From Selaginella moellendorffii (taxonomy: Eukaryota; Plantae; Lycopodiophyta), in contig NW_003314301.1 in the NCBI RefSeq assembly GCF_000143415.4, positions 1,170,981 to 1,234,980 on the forward strand: a DNA stretch of 64,000 bases, read 5' to 3'. Below are positions 13,300 through 26,205 of the stretch, piece by piece. The notes below the pieces were generated by a model. The model was not told where the DNA came from. It did not search any database and saw only the letters and a list, made by a program, of their open reading frames with translations. Within the stretch, counting starts at the first letter, position 1. The number at the start of each line of letters is the position of its first letter. The position numbers and the translations under genes were made by a program.

Positions 13300-15700
13300 G
13301 CGAAGTCGTTGGTTCACCAAGCTAGATCTTGCTTTTGAGTACTGGCAAGTACCGATGGCCAAAAAAGATATTCCTAAGATTGCTTTTCGTACACCATTTG
13401 GTTTGTACGAGTTCTTAGTGATGCCGTTTGGTTTGAACAATGCTTCAGAAACTTTCCAACGAATGATGGATGAGGTTCTTTGTGATATGCCAGAGGTGAT
13501 TGCTGACTTCATTGATGATGTCTTGATTCACTCAAAGGGGACCTGGGAGGAGCACATTCGTGATGTTTGTAAAGTGTTGGATCGGCTACGCGACATTGGT
13601 TTAAAGCTAAAGCAGTCAAAGTGTGTGTTTGGGTCCAAGGATACAGCTTATCTTGGGTACCGTATTACTCATGAGGGTTTGCAAGTTGATCCTGACAAAC
13701 TTGTGGCTGTTCTAAAGTTCCCTACTCCGAAGTGTGTGAATAATGTGCAGTGTTTCTTGGGCAAGGTGCAGTATCTCAGTCGTTTTGTGGATCATCTTTC
13801 TGATTGCACTGCACCGTTGCGAGCGTTGCTGAAGTCATCAACATCATCTTTCATCTGGTCTCTGGATTGTGAATGGGCATTTGGGGATCTCAAAGAGCTA
13901 TTGATGACTCCTCCAGTTTTGGCATATCCTAACTACACTCGACCTTTTATTTTGCGTGTGGATGCTTTTGACATTGGTCTTGGAGGTGTGTTGATGCAAG
14001 AGAGTTCGAGTGTGCCTGGTCAACGCCATCCTATTGCGTATATAAGCCGTACATTACAACCAGCGGAAATGAACTACTCCACAATAGAGAAGGAGTGTTT
14101 AGCAGCAATTTGGGGTTTCGAGAAACTTCATGCATATCTATATGGTTCTCGGACATTACTTGAAGGTGATCATGCTGCTGTTACTTCATTATTGAAGCGG
14201 AAGAACCTAGTTGGTCGTACTGCTCGATGGGCTTTGAAGATTCAGATATATGATTTTGATGTTGTTCATCGCCCAGGGAGTTCTATGGCTGATGTTGATG
14301 CCCTTTCTCAAGCTCTTCTTCCTTCTCCATTCTCTTCTCATGTTTCTGATGAGCCTGTTATTCTAGCCTCTGTGGATTTTCTAGACGAGGATTTTGAGCC
14401 GTCGGCGGTTGTTGTACTTGACATTCAGTGTCCACAATGCGCAGAGCAAGATCTACCTTCTCTTGATGAGGTTCGTGAGGCTCAAAAAATTGAGCCGTGG
14501 ATTCGAAGGCTTCGAGATGGGTTTAAGAATCTTGCATCACTTGCTGATGACTTGCTTTTCCGGCATTTACATTCTCAATATCGCCTTGAAGACGGCCTTC
14601 TTTATTTTGTGGGGACGAATCTTGATGATCATTTACGGCTGGTGGTGCCTTCTATCTTTATTCCGCGGTTTCTCCATGCCTACCATGATTCTCCTGTTCT
14701 AGGTGGGCATATGGGACATGGTTGTGTAACTGAGAAGTTGCGCAGGTCTTTCTATTGGCTGGAGATGCGACGTGATATTATCCAGTATGTGCGTAGCTGC
14801 GTTTGGTGCCAAACTCGTAATACTCCCCCTCAAGCTGCGGAAGGACAGTTGGAGTCAATTGCAGTTTCTCGTCCGTTTGAGTTGGTGGCGTTTGATCTTA
14901 TGGGACCTTTTCCATGGTCAACTACTAGCAATGAGTATGTTATTATTGCTTCTGACTACTTGACTCGTTGGGTGGAAGTTGGTGCTCTTGCTAGCGCCTC
15001 TACAACTGCTATTGGATACTTCCTCCTCAATCGAGTGGTGTTCCAGCATTCTTGTCTAGAGTAGATTCTTTCAGATCCTTATCATCCACAATCAAACGGT
15101 CTGGTGGAACGACTCATTCGGACATTCAAGGGGATGATTGCGAAGTATGTGAACTTTCAGCATTTGGATTGGGATGGTTATTTGCCATCTCTTTGGTATG
15201 CATATGTCACAGGGGTGTAGAGTTCTGTTGGTGCTTCACCATATAAACTCCTATATGGTCATAATCCAATATTATCAATGGAGCTAGGTTTACCTTCGCG
15301 ATTGCCACGAGCTACAAATGCTAGGTCATGGGATTAGTATTTGACGAGCATTCTTCCACTTGTCCGAGCGAAGTCTGGCGAACACTTAGGCCACGTACAA
15401 GTGGGACAACAACGGCAGTACAACTCCTATCATCGTGCACCTGCGGAGTACAAAGTGGATGATTTAGTGTTAGTCCGTTTTCCCCATCTTACAATACGTG
15501 GTTTATCTAAGGGGCTCTTTGCACAGTGGAAAGGACCGTATCGGGTGTTGCAGCAAGTTAGACCACAAGTTTATGAGGTTCGGCATGACATCTAGCAGGC
15601 CGATCCTCTAGAGATTGTGCATATGTAGCGGTTGAAACGCTTCATACAAAGGGATCAGGAGCAGTTAATACCACCTACAGATCCGCCAATGCCTACTTTG
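13300..15700 (+). mobile_element. Ty3/gypsy pol (RT, RNase H, integrase), 5'-truncated and partly disrupted
   Basis: 569-aa ORF with VMPFGL, FIDDVLI, VDAFDIGLGGVL, NYSTIEKECLA, a zinc-finger H..GGH..C..CQ and the integrase core FDLMGPF..DYLTRWVE. A GPY/F motif (WKGPYRV) follows downstream. Confidence 0.93.
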
Positions 15701-16709
15701 GTGCATAGGTACAATCCATAACCATGGGGATAACTATTATAGAGTAATCGCAAATCCCCACCTCTCTCTCGTTGACTCATTTTTAAAAGGGGTGTGGTCA
15801 TGTAAATAACTTCATTTGCCAATTTATACTAGTTGTCTAAATCTTCCTGACGGGGTTGATTTCTTGCTCAAGGGATTTAGGCCTTTGGCTCCCTCCTTAT
15901 GTCCTTGCGGGTAGGGATGTATCAATCCTTTGTAAGCCAAGTGGTACTCGAAGTAACAAGGGTGGCTAACTCTATTAGTTAGTTCCTTGTTGGTGATGGC
16001 TAAAGGGTGTTTGAGTCTTAATGTCTTTTGATGTAGAGGAGAGGTAGTTTCATCACTCATTTAAGTTAGTGTGTTTCCCATATAATATGCTTTCTATTAA
16101 CTTTCAGAGTTGTTTTCTTAACTTTCAGAGTTGTTTGCTAGACTTAGGTTTGCATCAACAAGGACATTGATTTTCCTTAAGGGGGGGAGAGTGTCGTGAA
16201 TATGACTTCAAGTATCGAAAGATACTTATCCACTTATTGCCACGATGGCAGGAGGTCAGTATTGCTAGTTCCTTTTATAGTCTCCCCCCAAGCTAGTTGA
16301 GAAACTGGTTATTGCGTGTGCACTTGACCAAATGAGTATAAGGATGGAATTCCTAAATACTATTAGTCAAATATACTTGATTTGGTTAGAGAAACTCATT
16401 TATTGAGTTGCACTTGTTAGTGGTAGGAACCCCCTTGATATTGACTTTAGTCCCTTAATATCATTACATGGTAACTTATTGTATCTGCCAAACACCTTTA
16501 TTATCATGCTTTATGTGTTGGTTCCGCTTCAAATCCATATGCTATTTATAGTAAGTATTTAGATCTACCCAAAAGGCATATTTATGGAATGTAGAGAATG
16601 TCCTGAACTCTATAGTGTTGTTCCTGCTCCCTCATTTGCAATTTAGTGCTATTCCATATTTAATAAGTTTTCACATTTGTCCTAGAGACTAACTCTTGGT
16701 GCTAAGGGA

Positions 16710-19237
16710 TATAGTTACAAACATGAATATGAAACATGAACATGAGCCTTAGATTTCAGGAACCTGACCATAGAACATGATCATGGCTCACAATAGCTCA
16801 TGAATATTCTAGTGAATATTCTAAGAATATTCTATTTTTAAAATTTTAGGAATATGCTACTTTTTATTATACTCAAACATCCTAAAAATCATCATTATCT
16901 TCAACCTCACAATCTTCGACATCATTTCCATCTTCCTCTTCCTCTCCTAACTCAAACTTGTCTTCCAGATGAAGAACTATCTCTAGTACTTTGTAGCCCA
17001 CAAATTTGTCATAGTCACGGTCATATCTGCAGGTTAACAACTTGCTATTGCAAGCCACGAAACTAGAGCTGTTGTTCTGTCCATAGTATATTCCTCTTCT
17101 TTGAAGACACATATTCAAAAGTGTTGAACAATCTTTCCACCGAGGATGACGAGCATGCCTAACTTAAAACTCAAATGGCCAACCTTTTGAAGAGCTGGAA
17201 TTTCATAACCATAGTCCTCCCACCAACATACAACTCCCTTCTTAGTGCAATTAACTTTAGCATCAATCAAGTTGAAAATGCCTCCTATCCTCCTATAAAT
17301 TAAAAGCTCATCCCGTATCATGTCCCTCTCATTGGATGTAAACATGGCCAATAGATAAACATTCCAATCCTTCATAACTTCTTTATTGGCATGCTTTTCA
17401 TGTTCTTGAAACTCGTAGCATATATGCCACTGAGTGCATGAGCGAGTGATACTCATGCCACCGGTTAGACATGATTTGATAAAGTTCCATGTACTTGCCA
17501 TAATCCGGCTCTCCTTCCTCTAAACTTGCATCCAACTTGTTCATACACTCATATATTTTTCTATTCATAGGTATATCATTGTCTACAAGACAAAGTAGCA
17601 GCATAACATCCTTGGACACCTCTAACATGTCCTTAACCTGTTCCCAAAAATGGTAATAAAAAACGGTTTCATAACTATTTTTGCCTACTCTTATCTTCGA
17701 CTCAAGCTTTGTTCTGTACGTAGGGCATACAAACATCTGTTGTAGAGCTTCTCAGAGTTCCACTAACCTCTCCATCATAATAAAGTTGTAGCCAAACCTC
17801 ATATCACAATAGCATAGCATTCGCTTGTGAGTAAACTTTACTAGCAGTGCCACCATATGAGAGTGGTTCCTGACAAAGCTTACCAAAGCCTTTCTTCACT
17901 CCAGAAGTGTTACTATCCATGGAAGTTCACCGAAGTCTTTCAAGGCATTGTTCAAGCAATGGGCAAAACATGTTGCCCATTGAATCTTTGGGTACCTCTG
18001 TTTCAAAATTGCTGCTACTGCTCTATTCACATTTTCCCCATCCATTATAACCATGACAACATTCTCTACACCCATAATGCTAATGCCTTCTTCCCAACAA
18101 CACAAAGTATTCTTAGTTGTTTTTCCTATTGAGGAAATATCAATAACCTTCAAAAATGTTACCCATCCTTAACTATATGTCACAAGCCCCATGATATGTT
18201 GATTCCTCCTATTTACCCACTAGTCTGTGCATATGGTTACACCCCTCTGCTCCCACTACTTCTTCATGGACGCCATCTCAACATTAATGAATCCCTTCTC
18301 TTTCAACAAAAGCTTCTCTTGAAGATCATCATATTTTAGTGGTGCATAAGCACACTATACCTAGAAACTTCTTAGATCATGTTGAGGAAATAAGGGGACC
18401 GAGTCTTCAGAAATGGAATGTGTTAGAAACCTTCCAATTGCCACATCAACTCAACTCTTTTGCTCTGGATCCATCAAATCTACAATATAGACTTAGCTTT
18501 GCTTGCTAAACAATGAGGAAAAGCAGCCACTTCCACTTGTCTGGGAAGATACCACTAGTATTGAAAGTTTTACATTTGGCCGTTTCTTCCCCCTTGTGCC
18601 TTTCTCAGAGTCAATAATCTTTTGCATGTTAACCAACTTTGCCTTTTTGTTACCTAGGTTAAGGGGGCAACTCACAATATCCTACTGCTTGGGCCTTCTT
18701 CCCAACATATGAGCTTGCACATGATCAACACCATTGAGCTTGTTCACCATTTGCATGACCACAATTTGTGGCCATGCCCCCTGCTCTCAAGCACATTTAC
18801 CTCATCCCACCACCATGAAGAAGGATGCTTTTGCCCCTGCTTGATTGCTGTGCCATGCTTGGCAGTAGCAAGGCAAATGAAGTGCCTCTCAATCTGTGGC
18901 AAAGGGAGCAGCAGAGGCGGCTGTGACATGGCTAGAATCAACAGTGGCAATAGTGGCTGTGGCTCTGCCAAAATCAGTAGTGGCAACAATGGCTGTGGCA
19001 CTGCCAGAATTGGCCATGGCAGCGGCTATGAACAAGATCGAGAGCTTGGAGGAAATACCCTAGATTGTTGTGTGTGCCCTAACACGGGCCATGATCCTAG
19101 CAACCATGTCCAGGATCACGGCCCGTGTTCACAGTAGTATACTCTATTCATGAACATGGCTGTGGGAACACAAACCATGGCCATGTTCATGAAACATGGT
19201 GAACACGGCTAGGATCTCAGCCATGTTCATAACTATG
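16710..19237 (-). mobile_element. hAT DNA transposon with pseudogenised transposase (BED finger, DUF659-like core, dimerisation domain)
   Basis: Imperfect TIRs TATAGTTACAAACATG / CATGTTCATAACTATG and an 8-bp TSD CTAAGGGA (16702-16709, 19238-19245). Peptide fragments WSCKW (BED-like), WATCFAHCLN and WWEDYG..PALQK. Confidence 0.9.
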
Positions 19238-20947
19238 CTAAGGGAGGCTAGGGGTGAAAGCCCAAAGTGTGTGTTCCTTAGGGGGGGTGGCATATGGGGA
19301 GTTCCAAATGTATAGTAAGCTCTATTTCGTTAAAGTGGGATTTATTCAGTAAAATGGGACTAGGTACAAATTTTCAAGTATTTGAAAATGACGTGAAATT
19401 ATATATTTTTTGTCCAGGGGCTAGACATATCTGGGGCATGGTGACTAGCGCGGTGACTTTGTGTCCAGACTGAGTCCATCTGGTTGTATAATAAATCTCA
19501 TTGTCAAGGTGAACAAGCCGAATATGAAACTAAAGAAGAGCGATGGCATGCGCGCACACACTATTTGTTTGTTCATTGAGCGTGTGGTGAGCTTTCCAAG
19601 ATGAACGTCATTCCTATTAGCCAGACATATAACTTAATGGTGAGAACATTTAGATATTATTCAATGTTATCTTTTTCTAACGAATCTAATTGTGAAGGTG
19701 TAGCAAGAGGCATTGCTAGTCTGGAGAAGTCATTTAACTCATTTGACCCTTAGTGTATTTTCATGAAACTAAATAACATTCATATTATTAAGGAATTTCT
19801 CTAGTACCTTTTTTTTACGACATAGAGGCTTGCATTTCTTTCAAAGGTGATTTAGTAAAAGGCCTGAGGGCACATGCCATTCTATTTCTCAGACCGGTAT
19901 TAAGATATACTAGTGCAAAGGGAAAAAGGTATTTGGTGATCAAGTAAATGGTATGAGGGCACACGCTATTATAAGCCTAAGCGCTAGTGGACACCTCCTT
20001 TTTGGTACTCTCAGCAGTACTATCATCCTTCTTCGGGTCAGTTGTTTTGCTTTGGATTGTTGTCTCTGACGTTACTGGGGCATTCTCGATAGTTGTTAAT
20101 GTTGCCGTTTGTTCAGAAAAATGATCACCTGGAGTATAGTACGGGGAGTTTGGAAGATTTATATATTCTACATCTTCACCTATCTCCTTCTCCGTCTCCT
20201 TTTCTGCCTCACTTACAGATTTTGTGCTTGCCATGAGAACGCTCTTCACCCTAAAATATGGAGTTCGTTGTGTTATAAAAGGAAACCAACACACACGCTG
20301 CAAGAGAATGATGGTACATAAAGCACATAAGCCCACAATATGGGTTTATGTGCCATTAATATGGGCCACACGCCATATTATTAGATTTATGCACGTGTGA
20401 TTGGTAAATGCATATGTCACATCATCTTTGTTTTACCTCACACACTATATCAGGCCTAATGAACCATATCACATGTGCGCACATGCTATATATATGGAGA
20501 AGTATTATGCAAGGATAGAAAAATTCAATGCATGATTGTGGAGAGCAATGGCATGAAGCCACATGCTAAATAACATTTTAGAGAAAGAATTAAAATAGAA
20601 ACATGCAAACAGTACTGAGTGGACCAAGACTTAGAAGTGCACAATTGAATGAGGTATTTCTAATAAATATTTCACTCACCTCATATAGGAATGGCTACCA
20701 CTCTCAAATGGCGTATCGCCTCATGCCATCACCTCGCAATTTGTTATAACAATCTGATGAATTCATATTCGGCTTGTTCACCTTGAACTTTAAGTAAGAT
20801 TTGCTAGAACAACTAAGAATTTATACTTGTTATTTGTATCATCTCACCTAGGAATGTCGTAAGGCCACATGCCATCACGCCTCCTCTGATTCAGATTCGG
20901 ATTGTTCACCTTGAAATAAAATACATTAGAAACTTAGTAAAGGAATA

Positions 20948-23636
20948 TTAATGAATCTCACCTTGAACCCGGGTTATGAATGCTCTTGCTGCATCTCTTG
21001 CATGGTCTGGCAAGGTGATGGTGGCACTCTGCTTCCGCATCCAACCATGCACAACATTATCCACCGATATGCTCATGTTGGGATCCCTTGGATTCAGCAC
21101 CCATCTGTTTTCTAGGCAATCCTTCGTATATCCGGAACTTGGCTTGAACCACTCCATAGCTACATTGAAGGAGTTAGTTTCCGCGTCCTCCTCTGCATCA
21201 GTGATGCAGCGCCCCACCCATATCATTTGTTTTTTATTACTGGGTCTGACAAGCACGACCATTCCTTTGCAGACCTGTACTGGATTGAATGCTGAATCCG
21301 GCTTCTTGTTCCTCGGCCCACAATAGTGATCCTCAACATCGTTATCTGTCACTGCATTTCCAGAGGACATTGTTCCGCTACTATCTGGTGCTCTGGGTTC
21401 TGGCCAAAAGGACTCTTCCAATTCTTCATATACAACCGGCCCATTTTGGATAGCAGATATAATCTTCTCCCAGTATTCGAGCAAAGGCTTGCACCTCTTA
21501 AAATAGGATTCTCCACCAAACACCAACCCCCTCTTCCAGAAGGCAATATGCTGTCTAATCCCGGCCACTATACTTTCCTGGTCTTTGAGTCCATCCGGGT
21601 GCATCGGCCGTGGGGAACCCTGAGGAATCATAGGTTCCCCAGTTATGGGATCTCTCTTGAAGAGTTCAATGCCGTCCACTGGCAGCCACACTGTGTCCCA
21701 TTCTCTCATCTTGTACCTCATCACTGGAGCACCGTCACGCATGCTGAAATGAAACTGAAGAGGCTTGGAGTGGCCAATCAGCGTTTCGGATCCGTCCCTG
21801 ATGTAGCCTCTTACAAACCCCTTAAAGTCTGGAACCTCTGTCACAAGTGCAGCTTCAACAGTGCCTTTGATGCAATTCTGGAATTCATCGTAGAGTTGTG
21901 GGAGGGTGAGGACATTGGATCGCCGGAGGGACTCTGCCAGGTGACTGAACATGGCATCGACGTCTTCATGAGTGTGCCCAACCATGAGAAAGCCAAGTGT
22001 AACCGTTTCAAATATGCCTTTAGCAACAAGCATCGCCAAGTACGCGAAGACGTACATGTTTTTGTTCTCATTGCCAGCATTGTCTGTTTGGAGCAGAAGA
22101 TGGGGTGGAAGGCCACATCGGCCGCAAGAACTTCCTTGAGATTCTGCTTCGTTTGGATGAGGCTGTGCATTCACCGGGCGACCAGCCTTGTCGTCACGTG
22201 ATAACCCTACAATCTGACGGCCAACATATTCACTGGGATGGCATGGGGCCCCACGCGATACTGCAAGCCTTTGCTCCTCCTCCAGCTGAACCCTGTATGG
22301 GGTTCGATCGACAAGGGCCTTATGCAAGGGTTGGCCGTTCAGCTCAGTCTGCGCACTTTGCAGAGACCTTAAGTGTTTTGCTAGGGACGCAATCATTATG
22401 TTTGCACCCCCGCCACCCCATAGAGGTACAAAGAAGTTCCCATAGTTCTGGGCACCATGCCCATGAGCGATTATGCCAAACAGAGACACAGGCAGCTGCA
22501 TGGATGAAGAGATTGCCTTGGGGGCAGGATTGAGTCGAGGTAAGCACGTCTTTTTCTGGTCCATTTTGTCGTGGATGATGCAGAGGTAAGAGTCAGGTCT
22601 CTCCATGGAGAGAATCCTGTTATGATAATATGCAGTCCTGCAGCTTCTCTGCTCGATGTTGTGGTCGAGCCGCCTTTTAACCAATGTCTCTCGCTCTTGA
22701 GCGCTACAAGAATTCTTTGACAAAGCCATTTTGATAGCAGTGCACTCATCACACTTTGAAAAGCTGGAGTACTTTCCTATACTCACATCCCTGAACCTGT
22801 TGCTCCACAATCTACTAAATCTAGATTGGCTCAGCTTCCTGTAGCCATTACTCTGGAGTTCCCGATTCACATCTTCCAATATGGCCCCCTTGGTATACAT
22901 GGAAGGGAGAACTCGTTGGGTGTCTCGTGTTCCATCTTCCAAGAGGCGGGTTTTATGTGGTTGCTACTCGCTACATGTCTCGACAAACCTCTTGAAGATT
23001 GCCTCTCCATATACAACATGACCCCTGGTTTTGTGCGTACCGTCGTTCCCATGGACTGCCTGTTGAACCCTTTGTTCCTCGAACTCAGTTTTGATTCTGT
23101 AGAATGTGCTTCGAGGGACTCCATAAATGATTCTCCATGCCTTCATGCAGACCAAACCCCTCTGGAAGACCATGCCCCCCACCTGATGTTCTGAAGCATC
23201 AACAGATGACCGTAATGCCTCATACACAAAATTGCGAGCTGCCTTCCAGGACAATGTCTTGTATCTTGCTCTCTCCTCTTCAATAGCATCCCAATCAGCA
23301 TGTTGACAGCACCTCCTCTTGCAACAAGCAACTGTCGAGACCATTTGAACCTCCATCGCCATTTTCTGCCTTTTCGGTTCATTGCTCAGATCCTTTTGGC
23401 TGCGCTTTAGGAAGGTGTACTTTCTTTTCCCATGAAGAGATGTTCTGTCATCAGTTGTAGTGGTGTTTGATTGTGAATCCTTCACATTCTCAAACACTAA
23501 GTGCCTCAATTTCCACCGCACAATGCTTCCAATAGTCAGACTGTTTTCTTCTGTGTCAACAACCTCTAAAATCGCAACTCCAATATCATCCCAGCCCAAT
23601 TCTTGATTAGCAACGCGCATCTCTTGGATCGACAAC
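20948..23636 (-). pseudogene. Sola-like (DUF7869-type) DDD transposase with one in-frame stop at 22964-22966; 5' end lies in or beyond the N gap
   Basis: ORFs 22964-23635 and 20948-22942 share a frame. Motifs CCKRRCC, FSKCDEC, IIHDKMDQ, QTDNAGNENKN and FLMVGHTHEDVDAMFS give three acidic catalytic positions. Confidence 0.8.
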
Positions 23637-24953
23637 NNNNNNNNNNNNNNNNNNNNNNNNNNNNNNNNNNNNNNNNNNNNNNNNNNNNNNNNNNNNNNNN
23701 NNNNNNNNNNNNNNNNNNNNNNNNNNNNNNNNNNNNNNNNNNNNNNNNNNNNNNNNNNNNNNNNNNNNNNNNNNNNNNNNNNNNNNNNNNNNNNNNNNNN
23801 NNNNNNNNATGGCCTAAATCATAACATACCAAACAACCTCAATAGCATGAGGCCACATGCCATTATTCAAACATGCTATTGACACCCATGTGAAATTTCG
23901 CATTCACAAAATTGGCATGAGGCCTCATGCCATCTTGATAAACACATAGCTACAAGTAGGTGAACATACCAGGAAGCACAAGTGCCGAATATCAAGAGGA
24001 AGCGGTAGCCACACCAAAGACAGTGCCGCTCGCAACACCGCAACTACTCGTAGCGCCGCTCGTAACACCGCAACTGCTCGTAGCGCTGCTCGCACAAACT
24101 GCCACTCGCATAAACTGTCGCTCGCAATGGCCCTCGCAATGCCGCAACGGCTCGTAGACGCATAAACCACAGCTCACAACGCCGTTTACACAAGCAGCGC
24201 TCACTGTGCTCAGCGGAACCAAGAACACGGCGCACAAAAATGATAGACCTAGGAATGAGTTCGAGAATTCAAAAATAACACACGCTTGAACGTCACATCA
24301 AATCCTCTGACAAACCAGATCTTATGATTCCTCTGACAAATTTCAAACTGAGTAGCGTCTAGACTTTGCTGTCGGAGGTTGAACTTTGTCACATCATGTC
24401 CTTGCCTCGATCCAGTTGTGCCATGTCAGTGATTCGAACTTTGCCATGCCATATCAGCGATCCGCGCCAAGATTATTCGCCGTGTAAAGGAATAATTATG
24501 TTGTGTGTGTACGTCCATTTATGGCAATATAAGGCCACACGCCATTCAAAGAATAATGCTAGTCAAGCATTTTTTGGTGTATTTTTGGGTTCAAAATTGC
24601 ATGAGCCCACACGCTATAAAGTTTACCTGTACCAAAAATAGAAACAACTTTATTTACTTGGGAATTTAAGTGGTTGAGGCATTTTTAAACTTACAAACAC
24701 ATGCCCTACTTACATTCCTTTGGTTGCTTAAAATTCAAAAATATTATAAACCTTTCTTTTTGCATTTTCAATGTTTTCAATTATGGTTTTTGATTTTCGC
24801 AGGACCAGCCTAGTAATCTATTTGCATCCCGTCATGTTTATAGCTAGCTTTCGTTTGTCCCCTTCGCTAGCCTGAGATACATCTGCTCGGCATCTGCCTC
24901 TTACAGCATTTGCCCAGAAAGGGCATCTTTCTTCACGCAGCATTTGCCACATG

Positions 24954-24979
24954 TTTAGGGTTTAGGGTTTAGGGTTTAG
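24954..24979 (+). repeat. Interstitial plant telomeric repeat (TTTAGGG)x3.7 / telo-box cluster
   Basis: TTTAGGGTTTAGGGTTTAGGGTTTAG. Confidence 0.85.
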
Positions 24980-26205
24980 CAATTCAGGAGCTTGATAAAC
25001 ATGCAAATACAGAACTTGATGCAAAATCCTTTGATATGTCACAATGCCCCTAGGACCATAAACACATTTCAATAGAGAGGGTCCTTTCATTTCATAACTC
25101 CTTACGTAGATCTTGGTGAAACCAGAGTTAGTGAAGTTAGTTTCTTGTGATCCCGCATCTGATTGTGATGTCCCTTTGCAGTTTCGATGGAAAGGTCAAT
25201 GCACACCAAACTGTAAAATCTTGGAGCAAAATAACGGTCGGATCTATGGCAAATGCCCCTGAAACATTGTAAGGCTCGTGTGGTCTCATGTGGTGTCCGA
25301 TCGAGATGCTTCTTTGCAGGGTCATCAAGAAAGACATTGTATACCATTCTATAAAATCTAGTTGCGATCTAACGGTTGGATCTCCAGAAAACTCAAAAAA
25401 ATCTCGCGCGTGTTAGAATATTCTAGGAATATACTCCTATGTGCCCCTGAAAATGGCATGCGGCCCCACGCCATTCAAGAGATAACGCCAGATGACGCCG
25501 AGCATTTTTTGGTGCATTTTTTGGGATTTTTTGTATACCATTCTTTATTTAGCTGAACATCTGGCATTTTTGGAAATACAAGATGCTTTGGAATATTCAA
25601 TCATGCATGGTATAAATATAGCGAGGGTATTAAATGATATCCCAATCATGATCTTTCTTTTGGATTTCGCGTGCATGCAGTCCGAGGAATGATGACGTTG
25701 CGGATTTCTTTTGGATTTCACGTGCATGCATGCGCGCGGTGATCCAGAAATTAATGGTGGCGCCCAAGTCTGATGAATGATGACGTGGCAGGATTACCAA
25801 CCGTCGTGACATTTCGCGCGTGTGAGGTTAGGTTTTGCATTTTGCTTCGTACTCGCGCTCGCATTGCGCTCCCACTCGCGATCACGCTCACATTCGCACT
25901 CATCTACCTTCTCTACAGGTTTCTCGTGTGCATCGGCGTCCACTCGCGCTTGCATCACACTCGCGCTCGCATCGCGCTCGTGTGCATCGGCGTCCACTTC
26001 AAGACACACCCAGTTTGTAACTTCGCCGCCAACTCCGCCGCCCACTCCGCCACCCACACGCAGCCCACTTGGTGTCCCGGGAGATTTCAGCGCCACTCTC
26101 CAACTGTAAGTGGCAGAGTAGCCTTGCTGCTACGATCCGCTACACACACAGTGCACATTCGCCAGCGAGTCTGGCCTCGATTGTCACGCCTCCATTCGGC
26201 TTCAA

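Noticed and set aside
21326-22201. 291-aa plus-strand ORF and other antisense ORFs over the transposase, Crinkler-like and GH3 genes
   Set aside because: Shadow ORFs of GC-rich coding sequence with no recognisable motifs.
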